A DNA stretch of 58,452 bases. It comes from Bdellovibrionales bacterium RIFOXYD12_FULL_39_22. Lineage in GTDB: Bacteria > Bdellovibrionota > Bacteriovoracia > Bacteriovoracales > Bacteriovoracaceae. Shown piece by piece: positions 10,007-19,304 of this stretch. The notes below the pieces were generated by a model. The model searched no databases. It was not told where the DNA came from and saw nothing but the letters and a program-made list of their open reading frames with translations. The stretch is taken from NCBI GenBank assembly GCA_001770205.1, contig MEQL01000025.1, positions 62,001 to 120,452 of the forward strand. Direction: 5' to 3'. The position numbers and the translations under genes are program-made. Each line of letters starts with the position of its first letter. The stretch's first letter is position 1.

Positions 10007-11749
10007 TCAGCGCCTAGGCATATCCCAGGAATGTCCCGCGGGGATAAGGCCATCATTGGCCAATACTTTTTTAATTTTTTCTTCTATGGCATTATCAACC
10101 TTTCCTCCTAGATTAATATGGAAGGTGCCCTTTCCCTCTTTTATGGGAATATAATCAATACATATCATTAGCTCTTTGGCCTGCTCTTTGCTTATTTTAT
10201 CCACCCCCAATCCCACAACTGCTTTGCGCAGTTCCTTCTCTAAATTTTCGGATTTTACAATTAACTCGGAACGAACCTTGGCCGGGATGACGCTACCATC
10301 AACATAGTTAGTATCTACAAAAACCAGTCGATATTTGCTGGGATTTTTTTTTGACATAATTGATATTAATTTTTTTTTCTCCTCACTACTCCATTTTCTA
10401 TCAGGAAGAAAAATTCCATCATCCCCCGAAAAACGAACTGGATTGGCCCCCTCACTGGTAGTGGCGCCAAAATTTTGTAAAGACTGGTTTAATTCTCTTT
10501 TTTGCAGGTTAAAATTATCCGTAACTTTCTGAACCTCTCTCCAAATTGCTCCTAATGATCTATCCACCACAACATTGGGGGAAACATTGGCCTCTGTTTC
10601 TAACATACCCTTCATTATCGCCTGAATATTTTCCACTCCCATTCCCGAGAAATCTATTGAAACAATTCCATGCTGGGCCTTTTCTAAGTCAATGCGAATA
10701 CGATCTCGAATAAATAGTGGTGGATTGATAGCATCGCATTTTTCAAAATAGTCAGTCATCGCATCAATCACCTTATCATCAGCAAGTTCTGCCCCTGCAT
10801 AGATTGATTTGATCTTGGCCCTAATGGCCGCCCGATATTCTGCCGTGGATGGAAAAGATCCACGTTTATTTTTGCGGAGAATTTCTACAACATCATAATC
10901 TAAAATATACTTGCCATCTTCAACAAAAGTCATTATCCCAGTCCGCAATAGTTCCCTATTATTTTGCAAAGACTCATGAACTTTTTTTATTGCCAATATA
11001 TCTTGATGCATTTGTGGCAAATGATCTGCAAAATCTAAAATCAAACCATCGTTGGTATCTTTTAAATGTTGGCGGGCACCTCTTGCTCCCATATTGGCCT
11101 TAATAGCATCACTTCCAATCCCACCTAAAAACCATTGCGCAGGTTTGCCCAATTGGCCTTCCATTCCCAAGGCCAATTGTAAAAGCCCGGTTGATTCAAG
11201 CGTATTTAAAAGTTTTTGATTGGCCTGCTGATACGTTGCTTTTAGAAGCTGATTTAAATCATACTCCTTTCCGTTCGAGGCAAGTTGCTGTTTGAGCTCA
11301 TTATAAAAAGCATCGTAGTACATGTTATTAACAGCATCCCCAAATTTTTTGTCTTTGAATAATTTATCATTCAAATCTTTGAGTACAGCATTCTCGATAT
11401 CAACATAAACTAATCTTTCCACACCATCTTTTTTTTCAATTACGCGAAACCGCAATGATTTATAATCACCATATTCAGCATCCGCAATCGGCCCACCCAT
11501 TTCAACCATGTCAACGCCCACTGTCTGGCCACTTTCCATCTTGCGCATAAATTCTCTATTATCCAAATCCAAAGAACGTCCCTGCCAGGCATCTTTAAAC
11601 TCTTGTGCCTTTGCAGAATTTTTAATTTGATGCTCAAAAACTTCTCGCTCTGCTTTTAGCGCAACTAAAACGCAGTCGTTGGCACTGCTTGCCGGCATGG
11701 CATGCGAAAAAATAAACAGAAATAAAAAAATCAAAAGATAATTTTGCAC
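10007..11749 (-). CDS. Secreted hypothetical protein with GGDEF/palm-like motifs
   Basis: Signal peptide; 'VYVDIENAVLKDLNDKLF...FGD', 'VSIDFSGMG' and 'RFSGDDGIFL'. Confidence 0.5.
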   Translation of the reverse strand: MQNYLLIFLFLFIFSHAMPASSANDCVLVALKAEREVFEHQIKNSAKAQEFKDAWQGRSLDLDNREFMRKMESGQTVGVDMVEMGGPIADAEYGDYKSLRFRVIEKKDGVERLVYVDIENAVLKDLNDKLFKDKKFGDAVNNMYYDAFYNELKQQLASNGKEYDLNQLLKATYQQANQKLLNTLESTGLLQLALGMEGQLGKPAQWFLGGIGSDAIKANMGARGARQHLKDTNDGLILDFADHLPQMHQDILAIKKVHESLQNNRELLRTGIMTFVEDGKYILDYDVVEILRKNKRGSFPSTAEYRAAIRAKIKSIYAGAELADDKVIDAMTDYFEKCDAINPPLFIRDRIRIDLEKAQHGIVSIDFSGMGVENIQAIMKGMLETEANVSPNVVVDRSLGAIWREVQKVTDNFNLQKRELNQSLQNFGATTSEGANPVRFSGDDGIFLPDRKWSSEEKKKLISIMSKKNPSKYRLVFVDTNYVDGSVIPAKVRSELIVKSENLEKELRKAVVGLGVDKISKEQAKELMICIDYIPIKEGKGTFHINLGGKVDNAIEEKIKKVLANDGLIPAGHSWDMPRR

Positions 11750-11822
11750 AATAAATTATTCACAAAAATGAGCACAAAACAAAGCATAAAACCCACCACA
11801 CATAAAACTCTGTGGCCAATGC

Positions 11823-13241
11823 TTAATCAAAAATATTTTTAAACTTATACTTAGCGGCCGCCTCTTCACAGCTATTATTAATAAACTTTTTTCGATAAAT
11901 TTCTGCTTGAAGTAGTCTAAAAATAAGAGGAGGTGTTCGCCCATCAACTCCTGGTTTTTTAAAATAGTTGCTATCATAATCATCTTTGCTATTATTACTT
12001 CGCCCCTGCCTACAAATAGGGTTGTCCTTTAGAGGCATTCCCCCTCTCAAGAAGATCGCATCGGCCCAAATCTCTTCGCTATATTTATGCTCTAAACTTT
12101 CAACTTGTTTACTCTGGCCATTTTCCTGACAATAATATTTTTCTTTTTTTGTCTCAGTCCGAGTAATAATTTGACTAGTGCTCTTCTCACGCCAAGAAAG
12201 AAAAATGGCCAGAGACTGACAACTAGTCCCCACCTCCTTGTTCCTAAATAGTCTGGAAACCAAATGGCCCATCTCATGTTTTATTCTCTCTTGAACAACC
12301 TCCGGATCTGATTTTAAAGATGCCCAAGACACCTTGATTGCACCATTGTTCCCACTTCCTAAATGATCATCTAAGGGCGGCACCTCGCCGTAATTGGCAC
12401 AAAACAGCGCCATTTCTTTATATCTTTTTTGTTGTAAATCCAAAGATACTGCCCCCAAGGCCTCTTTAATTATCTGTTCACTTTCCATACTAGCTTTTAA
12501 TAAATTATCTCTCCACTGTTTTATATCTTTTATTTTTTTTTGCTCTAATGCCAATAGTTCTTGCATAAATTTTTCTTCAAACTCTTGGGGAGATAGCGGC
12601 ACTTGTAGTTCAATGGCCTGCAATTTTTCCTTAATAACCTGAAGACTTTGGACAGACAATTTGCTGAGTGGCCCAATTAAAATTTGCTCTACTGCACTAT
12701 CTTTAATTTTCTGTAAATAACTAGGCTCATAATCACTCAAAGATAATTTAGTTGTAAAATACGATAGAGAGCAAAACTCTCCAACCTTATTTGCCTCCTG
12801 CTGTAGCATCGTATCTGACCTGTTTCCCACACCTGGAGATAGTGACAAGCGTTCCAAATATTGCAACTTGATATTGTGTTCTTCATCCAATCGCGCAACT
12901 ATATTGCCAAACAACTCCCTCAGTTTATCCCCGACGCCTTCGTTTGCCTTTCTTTGAACCTGCGCTTTGAGTTTATTGAGTTGATTTTCATAACTATTTT
13001 CCATGTCACGCTGCTCATATGGGACACAGACACTTACGATACATCGGCCAATGGGATCATCTGCACTTTTTATACCATACGGCAACGGCAAAAAAGATTC
13101 TGCTGCACAAGATGAAGATGCCAAATTAGGGTCACCTACTGCCACCCCATCATTGTTGGCCTTTATCAGTAAAGTAGCGGCCCTAATCAACTCTGCATTT
13201 GATGAATCGATAGCATCCAGCTTTATAGTAAAAAAAAGCAA
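11823..13241 (-). CDS. Putative secreted Zn metallopeptidase
   Basis: HEMGH motif and downstream 'EEIWAD' Glu; Cys pairs; start uncertain. Confidence 0.55.
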   Translation of the reverse strand: MLFFTIKLDAIDSSNAELIRAATLLIKANNDGVAVGDPNLASSSCAAESFLPLPYGIKSADDPIGRCIVSVCVPYEQRDMENSYENQLNKLKAQVQRKANEGVGDKLRELFGNIVARLDEEHNIKLQYLERLSLSPGVGNRSDTMLQQEANKVGEFCSLSYFTTKLSLSDYEPSYLQKIKDSAVEQILIGPLSKLSVQSLQVIKEKLQAIELQVPLSPQEFEEKFMQELLALEQKKIKDIKQWRDNLLKASMESEQIIKEALGAVSLDLQQKRYKEMALFCANYGEVPPLDDHLGSGNNGAIKVSWASLKSDPEVVQERIKHEMGHLVSRLFRNKEVGTSCQSLAIFLSWREKSTSQIITRTETKKEKYYCQENGQSKQVESLEHKYSEEIWADAIFLRGGMPLKDNPICRQGRSNNSKDDYDSNYFKKPGVDGRTPPLIFRLLQAEIYRKKFINNSCEEAAAKYKFKNIFD

Positions 13242-13251
13242 TAGTGCTATT

Positions 13252-15444
13252 TTACCTATGTTGAATTGGCCGTAATTTTTTATATCTTGCTCCCGGTGAC
13301 TCTTTTTTCGGCGGTTTAGTAATATTTTCTACTTCTTCTTGGAACTCTTCTTCACTAGATTGCGGCACTTTGATGGAATGTTTTTTTCGAGCTACACTAT
13401 GGGCCAAATCACGCGCCTGTTTGCTGGCAAGCTTTGGCAAAATGGTAAGAGGATCTAGTTCTTTATTGGCCACAACGTCCCATAATTTTCCACTTGGAAG
13501 AAGTCTTAGGTTATGTGCGGACACAAATCTGATATCTGGTGATGGTGGCGATGATGATTTATTTATATCGAAATATCGAATACCCACTCGATCTAGAAAA
13601 TCAGTGTTAATAATTATTTTTCCCTCCTTATCTTTTGGAGCGCTCTTCATAAAATCAATATAATCGTCCATGAAATCATATAATCCTGTATTTGCCAGTC
13701 CATCTGACTGTGTACAGGGTTTTACTAAAGCAGAAGAAGCGGCCGTGGCATCAAAATATTGTAACACTAACTGTTCGGCCTCTGGAATGTCGATCTCCAT
13801 TTGGGCAATACTTAGTCCTCCCTCTTGATCTCTGATAATGGCCTTGACCGGAACTGTTTTTCCTCGAAAAAAATCATCAAAGGTGTGAGTTAGTGGATAA
13901 TCTTCAGAAACAACTCTTCTATCTGGAAAAATCCAATTAATACTTTTTACCACCTTCCCTTCTGGCATATTTAAATCAAAAGTTTTAGTTAAATTGTTTT
14001 TCTCCCGCACCGATCCATCCTCTTCCACGATGTATTCTATTTCTGACATCTCAGTGAGATAACTTTTGTCAGAAAATCCTAAAGTGGCAATCGGAAACTC
14101 GCTACTTCCTCCCTTTATATCCTGTAACTCTACTTTCACTTCGAAGGCCTTTCCTTCTACACAAATTTCCGCTGGAACTACTAGCGCAGCATTAGTGGTG
14201 GGAATATTTTTATTTCCAAATTTAAAAACATACTCCACAGGAGGCTGGGCCGTCTCCGGATCTATAGCGCCATTCACTCTCACCACCACTTTTGCATTAG
14301 GGGCCAAAATCAACGGATCAGCTCCAATTACATTAATCAATTTTCCAGTAGCATCATAATTAATTCGCCGAACTTCTTTGCCGTTAGCAGTAATTATTAG
14401 GGCGCGAGCAATTGGCGTTTTATTGGCCGGGAAAAATGAACCGGAAGATCGCGTGGCATCAGTAAAAAGTAGTTCTCCAGTATTAATTCGATCATTTGGA
14501 GCTTTGGCGGCAAAAACATATTTTGTCTTAGTTTCTTTCAGCAGAGGAGTTCTTCCATAATGATATAACCCTATTCCCCCATCAGACTTATCAAAAGGCA
14601 TTACACTGTAGGGAGTCGGCAAGGCCAATCGCATATCCGTCGGAATATTAGTTTTTGCCTTCCACTCTAAAAATTTTTCACCATTCTCATCTGTTACCAC
14701 TTGTATGTCTGATTCTAAAAACCTAGGAACGGCCTCCTTCTTTAAGGTTGTAAAGGTATTAAAATTTGACTCATAAGAAATTGCCGAGTCCATCTCGGCG
14801 GTAACATTGCTAACGCAAAAATAATATGGCGTCTCTGGTAACAAATTAGGAAGTAATACAACGTGATGATTAAGATAGTCTCCATGACTGACACTCTCAA
14901 TATTTTCTTCACAGCTAGCGATTCCATAACTAACCGTAGCATTATCTACCGCGGGATCACTATTCCAAACTATAGTCGCACTAATTGCACTGACATTTTT
15001 TTTATAAATCCCTGAAAGAAACGGAGGATTGGCCCCTCTAGATAAAATTCTATCTTCGTAAGGAGTGGTGGGTGGTGGAACAAAGGGCAGAGGATAAACA
15101 GCTGGCGGGGGAGGGGGATCTTCAGGGGAAGGAGGAGGGAGAGTGGCCAGCGCCGTATAACTAACCGTTTTAGAATATTCGCTTTCTATATTATGTGCAC
15201 TACTGATGGCGGTAATAACAAAGGTATATTTATGTCCTGGAGTAAGACGACTGCTGTCAAAACTATAGCGATCTACGTCTCCCAAATCTGCAAATACCTG
15301 GTAAAATTCTCCATCAGTTTCATCTTTATAATAGATTCGATATTTATCTACTTGTTCGAGAGGATCATTTTTTGTCCAAGTAAAAGTTGTCGTCTCTGCC
15401 AACAACAAAAAAGTAATGAACGGTAAAACAATAAGTGACTTCAC
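13252..15444 (-). CDS. Secreted protein with fibronectin type III and PKD/Ig-like domains, Pro-rich linker
   Basis: GTG start with AAGGAG RBS; FN3 signatures (FTW...YRIYY...LTPGHKYTFVITA; ATIVW...LLPETPYYFCV); PKD-like 'INWIFPD...THTF'. Confidence 0.7.
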   Translation of the reverse strand: MKSLIVLPFITFLLLAETTTFTWTKNDPLEQVDKYRIYYKDETDGEFYQVFADLGDVDRYSFDSSRLTPGHKYTFVITAISSAHNIESEYSKTVSYTALATLPPPSPEDPPPPPAVYPLPFVPPPTTPYEDRILSRGANPPFLSGIYKKNVSAISATIVWNSDPAVDNATVSYGIASCEENIESVSHGDYLNHHVVLLPNLLPETPYYFCVSNVTAEMDSAISYESNFNTFTTLKKEAVPRFLESDIQVVTDENGEKFLEWKAKTNIPTDMRLALPTPYSVMPFDKSDGGIGLYHYGRTPLLKETKTKYVFAAKAPNDRINTGELLFTDATRSSGSFFPANKTPIARALIITANGKEVRRINYDATGKLINVIGADPLILAPNAKVVVRVNGAIDPETAQPPVEYVFKFGNKNIPTTNAALVVPAEICVEGKAFEVKVELQDIKGGSSEFPIATLGFSDKSYLTEMSEIEYIVEEDGSVREKNNLTKTFDLNMPEGKVVKSINWIFPDRRVVSEDYPLTHTFDDFFRGKTVPVKAIIRDQEGGLSIAQMEIDIPEAEQLVLQYFDATAASSALVKPCTQSDGLANTGLYDFMDDYIDFMKSAPKDKEGKIIINTDFLDRVGIRYFDINKSSSPPSPDIRFVSAHNLRLLPSGKLWDVVANKELDPLTILPKLASKQARDLAHSVARKKHSIKVPQSSEEEFQEEVENITKPPKKESPGARYKKLRPIQHR

Positions 15445-15459
15445 AAAAATCTCCTTTGC

Positions 15460-16875
15460 CTAATAGATGTAGGCCACTCCCACATCTTCTCCTCCGTCTA
15501 CATTTTCATTTCCCGCCCCAACAATCATTTGATAGGGGGAAAGGCCTACGCTTACTCCAAAATTTCCATAGGACTCAGGGGAAGGTGAATATATTTTTCT
15601 AAGCTGCGTGCCAATGCCACTTTCTAATTTAAAAACATAGGCCGAACCACCACGCGAGGCCCTATCAGAGTCTCCAGGTGCCCCTACTGCCAAGTAATCA
15701 CCACTTAGTGCTAGTGATTGGCCAAACAGATCATAAATACCATTGTCGCTTGGCACCACTTTATAACTCAGGGCCCATTCACTATTAAGATAACGATATA
15801 GATAAACACTCCCTCCCATAATTGCCTTAGTATCGTCGCCAGGAACTCCAATAATCAACTGCTCTCCAGAAAGGGAGAGGGCCTGGCCAAAAATATATCC
15901 ATCAGAGGTTGTGCTTGGAGCAAGCTTCTTTTTTAAAGACCAGTCAGCCGCATTGTAAATGTAAACAGCACCACTGTTAGTTCCATTGGTATCATCACCT
16001 ATGGCCCCCACTGCTAAAAAAGACGACGACAAACTGACAGCTCCCCCGAAGTAATCTTTCTCTCTACCGGCCGGGATAATTTTTGTCTGTTCTAAAATAG
16101 CAGTTCCATCAATTTTATAAACATAAACAGCTCCCATCGATGAGCGATACCCTCGTGCACCAATTGCAATTTTGTTTTCAAATATCGCAACAGCATAACC
16201 AAAAGAATCTAATTCTTGCAAATCATTGGGCACTAACTTCGCATAAAAGCGCCACTCAGATCCGTTGAACTTATAAATGTAAACGGCCCCTGCACTGCTG
16301 CCTTTTTCCACATCTCCACAAGCGCCTGCAACTATAAACTCTCCGGAGATTGCCACTGAACAACCAAAAAAATGTGCAGTTACCGGATCCGGTGGTGCAA
16401 TTTTTTGAAAGAAACTCCAACTACTATTAACTTTCCGATAAATTACCACCGCTCCTGCATATAAATCTACCGAAGAATCCATTGAGGCTCCCACCACTGC
16501 AAAATCCCTATCGATGGCCACCACAGAACCAAATGATTGATACTCTTCCGTGTTAGGATTTTGCATTTTGGCGGCAGTAGTAGTGGTTAAAAAAGTTGTC
16601 GTATTAACATAGTTTGTAGCGGAGGATACGGTGGCCGTCGGGAAAGGCGATGCAGAAGCTGAAGCAGTGGCCGTAGCAGTAGCAGCGGGAGTTGCCGTTC
16701 TACTTACCTCGGCAGTGGCACTAGTCGTTGGAGTCATTCCCACCGTGGCCGAAATTTCTGCCTGTGAACTATCACTGCCCAGATCTTCACCTACTGGATT
16801 TATTACCACATGTGGCCGACAAGCAAGTATTGCAATAAGTAAATAAATATAAAAAATTAGCTTGGTAACACTCAT
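15460..16875 (-). CDS. FG-GAP repeat (7-bladed beta-propeller) lipoprotein
   Basis: ATG 16875 with GAGG RBS; lipobox-like ILAC; Thr/Ala-rich linker; seven 'FG-x-x-[VL]-[ASG]...GA...G..Y' repeats. Confidence 0.85.
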   Translation of the reverse strand: MSVTKLIFYIYLLIAILACRPHVVINPVGEDLGSDSSQAEISATVGMTPTTSATAEVSRTATPAATATATASASASPFPTATVSSATNYVNTTTFLTTTTAAKMQNPNTEEYQSFGSVVAIDRDFAVVGASMDSSVDLYAGAVVIYRKVNSSWSFFQKIAPPDPVTAHFFGCSVAISGEFIVAGACGDVEKGSSAGAVYIYKFNGSEWRFYAKLVPNDLQELDSFGYAVAIFENKIAIGARGYRSSMGAVYVYKIDGTAILEQTKIIPAGREKDYFGGAVSLSSSFLAVGAIGDDTNGTNSGAVYIYNAADWSLKKKLAPSTTSDGYIFGQALSLSGEQLIIGVPGDDTKAIMGGSVYLYRYLNSEWALSYKVVPSDNGIYDLFGQSLALSGDYLAVGAPGDSDRASRGGSAYVFKLESGIGTQLRKIYSPSPESYGNFGVSVGLSPYQMIVGAGNENVDGGEDVGVAYIY

Positions 16876-17225
16876 ATAAAATCCTCTCCCTATAAACATA
16901 TCGCCTACCGCTACATATCGTCTTTTGGTTACCAAGTATTAAATAAAAACATCAAAAAATGGCAAAATAGCAAAAAACATATCAAAGGAATATACTCTGC
17001 TATTGCTGCAAGATTAATAAAGCGAAAACTCTCCAATCTTGAAGCAAACGCAATTGCAATGGCCAACAGACTCGATTACAAAATTGATGGCCGTCCTATT
17101 AACACTACAGATATTTTAGAATTACAAAAAAACGTGAACAGATTTTAATACTGGCCGGGTTCAGTGCTGATGAACACCAAGTACTAGTCCAAAATGGAGT
17201 CATCTCTTCACACGTTGACACAATT

Positions 17226-18170
17226 ATGGAGAATCTAATGGAGTATGATATTCTCCATTCCAACAAAAAATCTATCGCTATCTCCAATAATAAATTGCTC
17301 GACGAACTAGATCAATTTACTCCACTGGTTTCTAATTATAGCACAATTGGCGTAACCAAAGCACAAGCAAGAGAAATATATGAGGCCGTATACAACAATC
17401 CAGTGGCAAGTATCTGGTCGACTAGTAAATATGATCCTGATGATCTGGGAATTGGTTTCTGTTTTGGTCGGGCGATGGCAGTACATATTGAAGCACTTCA
17501 CCGCCGAGTTAACCCATCTTCCATCAAAAAAGTTTTTGCTGTTGGAAATTTGGTTGCCGGTAATACCAACTGGGGATTTCACGTAACCACCATCATTCGC
17601 GCACAAGATGGTGGTTGGTATGCTATTGATCCAATTATGGGAAAACCAATAACAGTTCGCGATTGGTATAAAACTATGCGCACCGAATATGACCCAAACA
17701 AAACGATGAAAATGTATGTAACCTCGGCGAATCGTTTCTCGCCTGATGAGTCGACTCATTATCTTCCACAAAATCTCTTTCTTTCCGCGTATCATGGATA
17801 CTTCGAAGATCTCATGAGTTTTTTTCGTCAACGCAGCGGAACACCTCATTACAAACCAATTAGCATATCAAATCTTCCAAATTTTTTTAAATCCACTCAA
17901 ACAAAGGCCAACACGGTAGAAATACTTACCGGCCTATTTTTAGTTGGTGCTATTACTCTAAAGAGTGAGGAGACCCTGGCAAATACCGTTTTAATTATTA
18001 CCTCAGAAGAAGGAGAATACCTCATCAATCAAGACGATTTACAAAAAATGCAAACAGGTGGGCAACTCTCGGAGATGGCAATTCAATCAGTGAATGCTAT
18101 TGGCCAAGAGTTACTGATTTCTCCGCAAGAGGCCATGAAAAAAATCATGATAAAAACTTCTTCGAACTAG
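17226..18170 (+). CDS. Protein-glutamine glutaminase-like (papain-fold) protein
   Basis: Catalytic triad motifs 'GFCFGRA', 'WGFHVTT', 'WYAIDP'; no signal peptide, so the 5' end may lie upstream across a frameshift. Confidence 0.7.
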   Translation: MENLMEYDILHSNKKSIAISNNKLLDELDQFTPLVSNYSTIGVTKAQAREIYEAVYNNPVASIWSTSKYDPDDLGIGFCFGRAMAVHIEALHRRVNPSSIKKVFAVGNLVAGNTNWGFHVTTIIRAQDGGWYAIDPIMGKPITVRDWYKTMRTEYDPNKTMKMYVTSANRFSPDESTHYLPQNLFLSAYHGYFEDLMSFFRQRSGTPHYKPISISNLPNFFKSTQTKANTVEILTGLFLVGAITLKSEETLANTVLIITSEEGEYLINQDDLQKMQTGGQLSEMAIQSVNAIGQELLISPQEAMKKIMIKTSSN

Positions 18171-19303
18171 TATAACTTATTGCTACCTTTCCCTGACAAA
18201 TCGGATATAGACAACTGTCGCTTATCCATCTGACGCCAAACGTAAGCAATGTAGGCCACTACAAATGGTATGGCCAATGCCACATAACTCATGGCCGTTA
18301 AGGTGTAGTGACTGCTTGAAGCATTGTAAATGGTTAGGCCACTTTGTAAATCATAAGTGGAAGGATAAAAAACAGTATCATTTAATCCGGCCAAACCAAA
18401 TAAGGTAAGGCCCACTAATACAGTCCCTGGGCCTGAAAACCAGATACCACTATTTTTTCCTTTAAAGCGCGTAACAAAAATTCCATAAATAACCAGTCCC
18501 AGTCCGGTCAGCAAAAACAACAACAAAAGAGGATTACCAATCAGATTCTGCAAATACTTCCATTTTTGTAAAAAAATCTCTCCATTTTCTGGCCGAATGG
18601 CATGGCCTTCCATTAAAAGAAGTTTTGCTAAAACAAAAAGCAAAAAAGGTAGTGACCACATAAAATTGATCCACGCCAAACGTCGACAACCAACATTTAT
18701 TTCCGCATGTTCAATATTATTTAGAAGATACATTGCGCCCAATACTCGAGCATTCAAAACTAGAAAAATTCCCAGCGATAGATTAAAAAAATTAAGCGCG
18801 GCCTCCAATCCATAATAAGGTGTTTGCCAAGTTACCTGATTCATCTCATTAATGCTGAAGCTAGAACCAGTAAAAAAGGTTCCGATCGCTGCTCCAATTA
18901 ACAAAATCCCCACGCTTCCGTTGATAAAAAGAAACACCTCATAAGTCTTTGCGCCTAAAAAATTTTGTGGTTTTTTTCTATACTCATAGCTCACGGCCTG
19001 AATAATGAAAGTAAAAAGAATAAGCATCCAAACCCAATAAGCGCCCCCAAAACTCGTAGCATAAAACTTCGGGAATGCCGCAAATAAAGCTCCGCCAAAA
19101 AGAACTAGCGTGGTAAAAGTTAACTCCCACTTACGGCCCAATGAGTTGATAATCAAACTTTTTTCTTTATCGTTTTTTGGAAGGGTAAAAAGTAATGTCT
19201 GCCCTCCCTGCACAAAATTTAGAAATAAAAAAAGCGAACCCACTAGCGAAGCAATGATCCACCAGAGTTGTTGCAATGTTGTATAATCAAGTTGTCCAAT
19301 CAT
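18167..19303 (-). CDS. cydB: Cytochrome bd ubiquinol oxidase subunit II
   Basis: Multi-TM protein; 'VQGGQTL', 'GRKWELTFTTLVLFGGALFAAFPKFYA', 'LTIYNASSSHYTL'; GAGGAG RBS before ATG 19303. Confidence 0.95.
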   Translation of the reverse strand: MIGQLDYTTLQQLWWIIASLVGSLFLFLNFVQGGQTLLFTLPKNDKEKSLIINSLGRKWELTFTTLVLFGGALFAAFPKFYATSFGGAYWVWMLILFTFIIQAVSYEYRKKPQNFLGAKTYEVFLFINGSVGILLIGAAIGTFFTGSSFSINEMNQVTWQTPYYGLEAALNFFNLSLGIFLVLNARVLGAMYLLNNIEHAEINVGCRRLAWINFMWSLPFLLFVLAKLLLMEGHAIRPENGEIFLQKWKYLQNLIGNPLLLLFLLTGLGLVIYGIFVTRFKGKNSGIWFSGPGTVLVGLTLFGLAGLNDTVFYPSTYDLQSGLTIYNASSSHYTLTAMSYVALAIPFVVAYIAYVWRQMDKRQLSISDLSGKGSNKLY

Positions 19304-19304
19304 C

